The translations under genes were made by a program, and so were the position numbers. The notes beneath the pieces are model-generated. The model had not been told where the DNA came from, made no database searches, and worked only from the letters and a program-made list of their open reading frames with translations. A stretch of 63,144 nt of DNA, the filler included, from Octopus bimaculoides (taxonomy: Eukaryota): the NCBI RefSeq assembly GCF_001194135.2. It is 8 parts of 7 records of this genome, joined end to end, with 100 filler letters (N's around TTAATTAATTAA, not from the genome) between each part and the next. Parts side by side here need not be neighbours in the genome. Positions count along the whole stretch, not along the records: positions 53,778 to 58,415 come from NC_068982.1; positions 58,516 to 63,144 come from NC_068981.1; 6 more parts are not named here. One strand, given 5' to 3'. Below are positions 54,371 through 63,144 of the stretch, piece after piece. The number at the start of each line of letters is the position of its first letter. The first letter of the stretch is position 1.

Positions 54371-54693
54371 TGTGGTGCTTACCTGTGTGCGAGTGTGTGC
54401 GGAGGTACCTGCTCTATACGCATGTGTGCGCATACGCGTCTAAGGTGTGTGCACGTCGCCGGTTATTCTTGGTGCTTGGATAATTGTCGAATGTAGATAC
54501 ATTTCTGCATTTATATGTGTACGTATGAATGAATGTGTGTTTGTCTAGATGGACATGTATGCGTGCTTGCATGTGTTTTCACCTTGTGCGTGCATGCATA
54601 TGTATTCATGGTTTTGGTGTTTCTATGTGAAGCATGGCGGATGTATGTTACTGTGCTTGCAACATATATCTGTAAAAAATAATATACACATGC

Positions 54694-54738
<45 letters not shown>

Positions 54739-54939
54739 NNNNNNNNNNNNNNNNNNNNNNNNNNNNNNNNNNNNNNNNNNNNNNNNNNNNNNNNNNNNNN
54801 NNNNNNNNNNNNNNNNNNNNNNNNNNNNNNNNNNNNNNNNNNNNNNNNNNNNNNNNNNNNNNNNNNNNNNNNNNNNNNNNNNNNNNNNNNNNNNNNNNNN
54901 NNNNNNNNNNNNNNNNNNNNNNNNNNNNNNNNNNNNNNN

Positions 54940-54991
<52 letters not shown>

Positions 54992-55599
54992 CACGCACAT
55001 ACATGCACATTCCCATACGCACACGTACGTACACACACATATATACATATGACGCAAATAAAACAATCACATATATGGATGCATGTGCTGATAAACACTA
55101 TAGAATAGTGACGAGTCATATTTAGCTGGCAGAAGACGAGGAAATTCGTGTTGGAGCTAATTGTTTCCATGCATTTTTTCTCTTCATCTTTTTGTATGTT
55201 CAAATCCCTCCAGCCTTACCTATGACAAAACAGAGCATGCTTCATGTACGTAACCTATAAGAGGATGCAATGTTTGGCATAAAAGAATTCGTGGTAGTCA
55301 ATATGAGATCTTGTTTCTAAAAATGAATTTATACCACAAATTACATTATGTGGTTATTTATAACATAGCACGATTGAAATTTACAAGGTTTTTATTGTCT
55401 CGGGCGTGATAATGCACTTCTCGGAAATGAATACGAGAGTAAGCTACAGAAGTAGAACATGAGATTGGTTTAGAAAATTTCGCTGTTTAATATACTCAGT
55501 CACTCAAAACACTTGACGGTTTGTCATGTTTTTCATTTTCGATTTAAACTTTTATTTTCATTTTATTTTTTTACAATGTTTTTCTTTATGAAAAATATG

Positions 55600-56135
55600 A
55601 ACAACACCAACCTCAGTCTTCGGAAGTACTGCATCATTAGTTGCTCTTTTATTTCCTTTTCCATTATCTCGTGGAACTTTAATATATATAGTTATTTGTA
55701 TCCTTCCGTTTCAATTTGCTTGATTAAGTCTCTATTCGGTAATTGTATCCCTGCTAGAGACTGTACCTTGCATCTCGTTTGGTAGATTATTTTGCACTCC
55801 TTGGGTCCAAATTCCATTCTAAAATCAGTACTGAAACATGTGGACTGTGTTCACCAAGGAAATTACTTGTATCTCACTTTGGCATACAGTTGATTGTTTG
55901 GGATTTTCGCTCGAATTGGTACTTCAAATTCATTTTTCTAAGTTCAATGGTCAGGGGTATCATTGAGAGAACAAAAAGCAACAGAGACAGGTTATCCCCC
56001 TGGAAAAAAAAACTCCTTCTGATCCCGAGAGTACCCAAGATTTTTCCGTTGGATGTCAGTTCAGTTTTCCATCCCACGATACTTCTCGTCAGGAAACAGG
56101 TTACATTCCTCGCAATTCCAAACAGATCTAAGCAC
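55600..56135 (-). mobile_element. R4/Dong RT fragment
   Basis: FQGDNLSLLLFVLSMIPLT, FSTDFRMEFG and EGYK..QYFRRLRLVL motifs. Confidence 0.85.
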
Positions 56136-56167
56136 TCGATGATCCTATTATCATCATCATCATTATT

Positions 56168-56335
56168 ATTGCCTTTGCACGGCTTCTAACGCTGGAGATG
56201 TACTACGGTGTCAGCTGTTGACAACCAGTGAACTAAGGTAACACCTCTTATTTTTCGAGTACCTTCCGGAGTATTCGAGTGATTCCAAGCAGTGCAGTTT
56301 TCTGCAAGTGTTCCACCCTTGTTGCAGCCCCTATT
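56168..56335 (-). mobile_element. R4/Dong 3' end of a different subfamily
   Basis: EHLQKTALLGITRILRKVLEK* followed by a short 3' UTR and an (AAT/GAT)n tail. Confidence 0.85.
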
Positions 56336-56374
56336 TGTTCCTATTATTATTATTATTATTATCATTATTATTAG

Positions 56375-58155
56375 CTTCTTCCAATTTTGTTTTCATTTTT
56401 GCCGTGTTTCTTCCAAACATGTTGAGCAAAGAAACGAACTGTATTCATCGGCTGGCCATGAAGATAAACGTAACAAATCGTTTATTTACAAAGTCATGTG
56501 ATATTAAAAAAGGGAAAAAAAAGAAATCAAAGCAATTTAGGTGGATAAGGAGAGCGTATTCACAGTGACAATACTGTTTTCAATACGTGTGATGTACCAG
56601 TTCAGAGAACTTTTTGCACTTCCTGCACAGATGGTAAGCCAAGGATCATCCTCAAACAATTTTCAGTTCCATTTCTGATCATTCCAAGTACTCTTACAAT
56701 CACTGGTACTGTAACCATTTTATGATGCCTCATTGTTTCGATTTCAATCAGCAAATCTTTATATTTTCTGAGCTTACCAAATTCTTTTGCCGAGTTAATA
56801 TGATCACAAGGCATGTCAATCAATAAAAATATTTTATTGTTTTGGTCTTTTACCAGAATATATTGTTTATTAGCTTCGACGGTCAGGTTTGTATGTACTG
56901 GAAAATCCCAAATAATCGATATATTTTCTTCCTCAGTTACAGCAGTAACATGGTGCTCGTACCATTTGACAGCACTTTTGATTTTATAGTACCGATGTAT
57001 TATTCAGTGTAAATATCGATCAACTCTCTTTTGTCTAGATTTATACTCTACTCGTGCTAAACCTTACACCCAAAGATTAGCTGAACTACTGATTTAATCT
57101 CATCATTGCAGTGTCAGTACTTTGAGTCCACTCCATTTTTTTATCACATTGGCTTGGTAGTTCCGAGTTGAAAAGTTCTTATCTTGAGCAGATAAGATGA
57201 AGCTTTCACTCTCTGCCTTTAGCCCTGAGCTCCGTAGCCACTGATCGGTGTGCTTTTGATCTACATCAATTTGTTTGCTACGGGCCACATATTTGTCATG
57301 CATAGGCTTTTGTTCACAACAATAAGCCAACTATTCAAATGCTTTTTGCTTTGCCATTCATTTGACCTTCTTTGCAACAACAGGTGCTGCACTTCCATCA
57401 TATTGTTCAATCTGGATATCATGCAGAACTTACCAGTAAATCTTTTGCTCTCTCTATGACAGAAGAAGCTTCTTACGTCTCTCGAGGTTTTTAACGAGTT
57501 ATAGCATACAGTCGTTAGATGTTTCAAGATAGTTGGCCAGTCCAAATGTGGTCGTTTTGAAAGAGATTTTAAATAGGATTACACCTCGAACTCCTTGGGA
57601 TCTGGGAAGCTAAAGACGATCTTCGTCTTCCTTTGGGTGGTGCATCCTATTGCAAGTCAACAGCTAACGTATTCTATCAATTTCCCTTATCTCACTCATA
57701 TTTCCTGTTCAATACATTGAAATTCTAAATCAAAACTGGAACTGTTAAGGAATTTATGACTAACACTTTGTTACGTGTTTTTATCTTGGACTTTAGGACT
57801 GCTAAAACACTCCTGTAATATTCCTTCCTCATCTCATCTTTCATGACTACATGCTGAATGCCAAACCCCTCATATATTCTTTGTTTCTTCTAAGTTTGTT
57901 CCTGCTCAAGTTGTTATATAACTCTGACAACATTCAACACAACTGAATGTGGGGTCTTCAATCAATTTCCCTTACTACAAAGTGGCCCTGGCACATTTAT
58001 CAAGACCAAATTCCATCCTGACATCTTCACTGAATGCTGTCACAGGATTGGAAAAGAAACATTCGTAACATCAGGCTACAACAAGTAACCTTAGATGTCA
58101 AGAACCCTCCAAAGTAATCTAACTGTGACTAATAACACTGTTCTGAGGAACTGTA
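56375..58155 (-). mobile_element. R4/Dong-clade LINE, 5' truncated: RT C-half, RLE domain and 3' UTR
   Basis: FSEDVRMEFGLDKCA, QWLRSSGLKAESESFILSAQD..TRNYQAN and KLRKYKDLLIEIE..VPVIV..LG motifs. Bounded by (TAA)n on both sides. Confidence 0.9.
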
Positions 58156-58173
58156 TTATTATTACTATTAATA

Positions 58174-58252
<79 letters not shown>

Positions 58253-58256
<4 letters not shown>

Positions 58257-58415
58257 TAGTTTTATTTTTATAACGTGCTTTCACTTCACTACCGAGCGCA
58301 GCTCTGTGCGCCTTGGGTATGTGCTGTGGTTTGCTGTGGTGCTCTTATGTTTACTGTATTGAAAGTGTTTTGCGTAGAATGTGTGCAGTACCCAGTAGTG
58401 CAATTTTCTGTATGT
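58253..58415 (-). mobile_element. R4/Dong 3' end
   Basis: IQKIALLGTAHILRKTLSIQ* plus a 3' UTR ending in (AAT)n. Confidence 0.85.
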
Positions 58416-58615
58416 NNNNNNNNNNNNNNNNNNNNNNNNNNNNNNNNNNNNNNNNNNNNTTAATTAATTAANNNNNNNNNNNNNNNNNNNNNNNNNNNNN
58501 NNNNNNNNNNNNNNNATGACACTTATTCGGTTGAGATGTTGGCGTGGGTTCCCACCCCGGCATCCGAAACTCGGAGTTTTATCATGGCTACCGAGTAAGT
58601 GTCACATATTTTTAC

Positions 58616-58687
<72 letters not shown>

Positions 58688-60166
58688 ATATATATATGTA
58701 TGTATGTATGTATGTATATAATGTAATCGAGCTCTCTAAACTGTGGAATAATGTAGTTTAATATATCTCGTTTCTAGTAGCGACTTAGAAGCAACTCGCT
58801 ACAGCAAAATATCGATTACCCAACAACATTTAAGAATGTTTCATGAACTTGTAGCTCTTCATTTCTTTAATTCGTTTTAACCATAACGGTGGAGGTCATG
58901 CTGGGGCTGCGCCATACGGTGTTGAGGTAAAGAGTATATTTTGGACGATGATTGATTGCACCAAATTGACTATTTGGTATATTTAAGTAGAAATGATATT
59001 CTTAGCGTTTAAGTGATGCAGTTAATATTGCAGGCATTTTTTTCTGTTTATCTATCCTTTCCCTTACATATTCCTTTAAATATATAATTAAAATGCAAGC
59101 TTAATTCATATACATACTATTATATTTTCGTTTTCTTATAATATTCTAATATAAATATATATTTCACATATAAACGTGAGCTATCAAAAACGCATCGAAC
59201 TAGACATGTGAAAAAGAAATGAATGTTTATTCTCGAAATTTCACACAGATGTTAAAACAAGATTCAGCGCTTGGAGATTCCCCATTTTGCTTCCGCCTCT
59301 TCTCTTTATTTCTTTTTTCGTTATTTTCCTTATCTTTGTTGTTGTTTTATCTAGGTTACATTAAGTATTTACGAATTTGGTAATGATTTTGAAAAGCCCG
59401 AGGATTAACACTCACGTTGTTTCAGTGTCAGGTCAAGAGTATCGTAAATGCTCGGTCAAGTCAAGATAAAGGAAGATTCATGTACTTTCAATTACAGCAT
59501 TTTAGAAGTCGTTCAAGATGAAATTCAAAAGCAAAAAGCAAAAATGAAATAAGGAGGAGGAAACGACACTGACATTGATGAATAGTTATACTGTGATGGC
59601 TGTTGTGGGCGTTAGAGAAAACCAAGAAAATATTCTGCCTGCTAGTCACATGGTTCGAAGCCACGTTGTCCTTCAGGTTAGCTGCGCTGTTCATGAAGCA
59701 GTGATGAGAGAGTGAGAGTGATGAATAAACAGAGACAGAAACAGAGAGAGTAGGTAGATGAGTACGTAATAGCCATCCAACTGGAAGGGACGAGATTTAT
59801 TGAGACCAGCTTGGAATTTCTATTTAGTAATATGTTTAATCTTCAGTTTCCATCTTTATTCTCTTTCTTTTGTTCGTTACATTCTTTCTCTCTCTCTTTT
59901 ATGCACTTTTATGTTTTATCTGTCTTTTCTCTGTTGAATTATCGCTTGCACGAGAAATAGGGAGATGCGGAAAAAGGAAAGAAGGATTATTTAAATGAGC
60001 TACATTATTTAAAACAACCGTTCATTACGTCATCGCTGCAACCGTTTCGTTTTCACATTCGTCAACTTTTCAGCATCACGTGGCTATTGTTTGTACGTTT
60101 ACATATGGTATATTCTTCAACGTGTGTCTAATTGAAACTCTTGATTCGAAAAGAGCTGGTTATTTT

Positions 60167-60188
60167 GGTGGTGGTGGTGGTGGTGGTA

Positions 60189-60265
<77 letters not shown>
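60167..60265 (+). repeat. (GGT)n(AGT)n microsatellite
   Basis: Direct reading. Confidence 0.95.
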
Positions 60266-60987
60266 TCATTCTCGATAGGTAAATACACGTACGTTATTGA
60301 AATTGGAATTTTTCGAATGCGTTTTGGATCCAGACTNNNNNNNNNNNNNNNNNNNNNNNNNNNNNNNNNNNNNNNNNNNNNNNNNNNNNNNNNNNNNNNN
60401 NNNNNNNNNNNNNNNNNNNNNNNNNNNNNNNNNNNNNNNNNNNNNNNNNNNNNNNNNNNNNNNNNNNNNNNNNNNNNNNNNNNNNNNNNNNNNNNNNNNN
60501 NNNNNNNNNNNNNNNNNNNNNNNNNNNNNNNNNNNNNNNNNNNNNNNNNNNNNNNNNNNNNNNNNNNNNNNNNNNNNNNNNNNNNNNNNNNNNNNNNNNN
60601 NNNNNNNNNNNNNNNNNNNNNNNNNNNNNNNNNNNNNNNNNNNNNNNNNNNNNNNNNNNNNNNNNNNNNNNNNNNNNNNNNNNNNNNNNNNNNNNNNNNN
60701 NNNNNNNNNNNNNNNNNNNNNNNNNNNNNNNNNNNNNNNNNNNNNNNNNNNNNNNNNNNNNNNNNNNNNNNCAGGGCCAAAAGTTACGTAACAAAACATT
60801 TGACATTTTATTTATATTGCATGGTTACTATTATTTTCCGCCGAGGTCAGCTTTGCCTTTCATCCTTTCGGGATCGATGAATTAAGTACCAGTTGAGTAC
60901 TAGGATCGATGTAATCGACTGATCCCCTCCCCCAAAATTTCAGGCCTTCTGTCTATAATACAAAGGATTTTTTTTTTTTTTTTATTG

Positions 60988-62025
60988 CTTGACCAGGCTG
61001 GAACGTCTCTTATTTAAATTCTTGTGGAAGGAACGCGTTCCAATGGTCAGGCAGTCAGTCTCTTGTCAGCATCTTCTAAGTGACGGATTAGGTATGCCGT
61101 GGCTCCCAATGCGCACACATGCTCTTAGGTTACGCCACTTGCAACGATTTCTGGACGGTGAACGTGTGTGGGCTCCATTTGTGAAGCTCGTCTTTCCGCA
61201 GCTCGTCTCCTTGACGGAGCTGAAGTCCTGGGTGAAGAAAAGACTGGAACTGGGCGCCTGACACCTAGAATGTCATCAGGCGTCCATAACCCTCTACCAG
61301 TCAGACAATGAGATCGGTGGATGTTCCGCTTTAGAAATTTATAAAGGATTAGTTGCGGGGGGGTGCGGCGACGTTCTCAGGGAGACTCTAGGCGCCGACG
61401 AGAACGAACTGGCTAGTCTGTTCCGGAGGACTTTCCGGTCGGGAACTATCATGGATAATTTCCAGATGTCCTTGACCTGGCAGTGCCTCCGGGGGACGCT
61501 ACCGATTCGAGATAAATTCTACAAGCTCGGATGTGCTGTCAGACGGACTTGTCCGAGGTGTGCACAGAGTGACGAAACCGTTCTGCACGCCGTCGTTCAG
61601 TGTCCGGGCATTGCTGACTTGTGGCATTATGNNNNNNNNNNACGTAAAAAGGAAATTAAGAGCGGTGAATGAAATTTGCGAAAATGGCAAGAGTGGATGG
61701 TACCTCTCTAAGTGTAGACCTGTGAGTCGGAGAGAAGGAACTGGAACGGACACTTACTCCTGGGGTTTCAGGGAAACCTCGGACAGTGAAATCTCTCGAT
61801 TATCCTGAGAGGCCTTTTTGTATTATGAGGGTCACATATCAATCATGTTCCTCCCCGCCATCTTTTTTTTTACCTTTGTATGCTATGCATATGTTCCTTC
61901 TTCTTCACTGAATATCGTGTATACTAACTTTTCTTTATCATTTCATTATATGTAAACCTCCACACTTTATTTCTGTCTCTGTATTGTCTACCTCATCCTT
62001 CGCCCTTGTGGCAAATAATGAAATC
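60988..62025 (+). mobile_element. L1/Tx1-clade LINE 3' fragment
   Basis: LLFKFLWK..GLGMPWL..HALRLRHLQRFL and a CPRC..DETVLHAVVQC zinc knuckle. Ends at a (CAT)n tail and carries in-frame stops. Confidence 0.85.
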
Positions 62026-62094
62026 ATAATCATCATCATCTTCATCATCATCTTCTTCATCATCATCATCTTTATTATTATTTCCTTCTAACTC

Positions 62095-62261
62095 CATCTT
62101 GAGTATTCGAGTAGTTCCAAGCAGTGCTGTTTTCTGCAGGTCCTCCACCTTTACTGCAGCTCCTATTTCTTCTTCTTCTTCTTCTTCTTCTTCTTCTTCT
62201 TCTTCTTCTTCTTCTTCTCATACTACTACTACTACTACTTCTACTACTACTACTACTACTT

Positions 62262-62303
<42 letters not shown>

Positions 62304-62393
62304 AATCAGGCCTTGTAACTTCTATTACCTTAGTTCACTGATAGTGAACAGCTAACACCGTAGTACATCTCCAGCGTTAGAAACTGTGCAAAG

Positions 62394-62428
<35 letters not shown>

Positions 62429-62443
62429 AACAACAACAACAAC

Positions 62444-62502
<59 letters not shown>

Positions 62503-62692
62503 CCCGGTGACAACAGGATCACTGTGAAAGAAGAAGAAAAATAAACAACTATGACGATTTGAAGTGAGAAATACGAAGGTTGTGATCAATGAAGAGGGTA
62601 GACGTAATACCAGTAGTAATTGGTGCACCTGGAAGTATCAGCACTCAACTACCAACATGGTTGAAAAAACTGTGAAGGTAGAACACCTACAA
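62095..62692. mobile_element. Three scrambled R4/Dong shards embedded in trinucleotide repeats
   Basis: 62095-62170 (-) GAAVKVEDLQKTALLGTTRILK; 62325-62395 (+) 3' UTR matching 56168-56240; 62503-62692 (+) GDNRI..VDVIPVVIGAPGSI..VKVEHLQ. Confidence 0.75.
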
Positions 62693-63073
62693 ATAATAAT
62701 TATTATTATTCATTTTGTTCACCATGTAAGAATACATGTGTGCTTAACATTATTCTATTTATTTTAGTCAGTCTTATACAAATTCTAGCATTGCAATTCT
62801 GGAGCGTATTGAACTTATTTTATGTATTTTTCACTTCTTCTTAAATATGTCAACTTAATTATCTTCTCACTATAAGATTCTAAGCCCCTCCCCTTAATTG
62901 TATTTATAACCGTGTTTGTCTATTTTGAAACGACGTTTGGGCTGTCTTGTCATGAAGCATGAACTTGCATATTCATCGTATGTACATACATTCCAGCATT
63001 TAACTATCCCGTGATTGTAGCTGGATCATAAATGTGAAAGCATCTTTCTTTTGTTTTATATGTGCATACATAT

Positions 63074-63076
<3 letters not shown>

Positions 63077-63144
<68 letters not shown>
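63077..63144 (+). repeat. (TG)n microsatellite
   Basis: Direct reading. Confidence 0.95.

Noticed and set aside
59499-59560. Plus-strand terminal exon ILEVVQDEIQKQKAKMK*
   Set aside because: Too short, with no upstream partner; compatible with chance.

Overview
Eukaryotic, AT-rich, microsatellite-saturated draft-assembly DNA. The tRNA-derived SINE families and repeat landscape point to an octopus or other coleoid cephalopod (inference). Most supplied ORFs are artefacts of microsatellites and N-gaps. Seven identical 100-bp spacers (N44-TTAATTAATTAA-N44) are artificial scaffold joins. What I can support: (1) a minus-strand spliced gene (exons 42175-41704, 34081-33929, 33825-33527, probable UTR exon ending 42706) for an unrecognised signal-peptide or TM + RKR-cleavable, 7-cysteine protein; (2) a weaker hydrophobic-peptide exon at 15046-14850; (3) two Penelope-like repeat copies, each with the same minimal hammerhead ribozyme motif carrying an A6U core change; (4) many R4/Dong-type LINE pieces stacked in (TAA)n tracts; (5) decayed mariner, pogo/Tigger and hAT elements, I/Jockey-, CR1- and Tx1-type LINE fragments, and three SINE families. 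No tRNA, rRNA or CRISPR locus is supported. Repeat boundaries are approximate and were read by eye.
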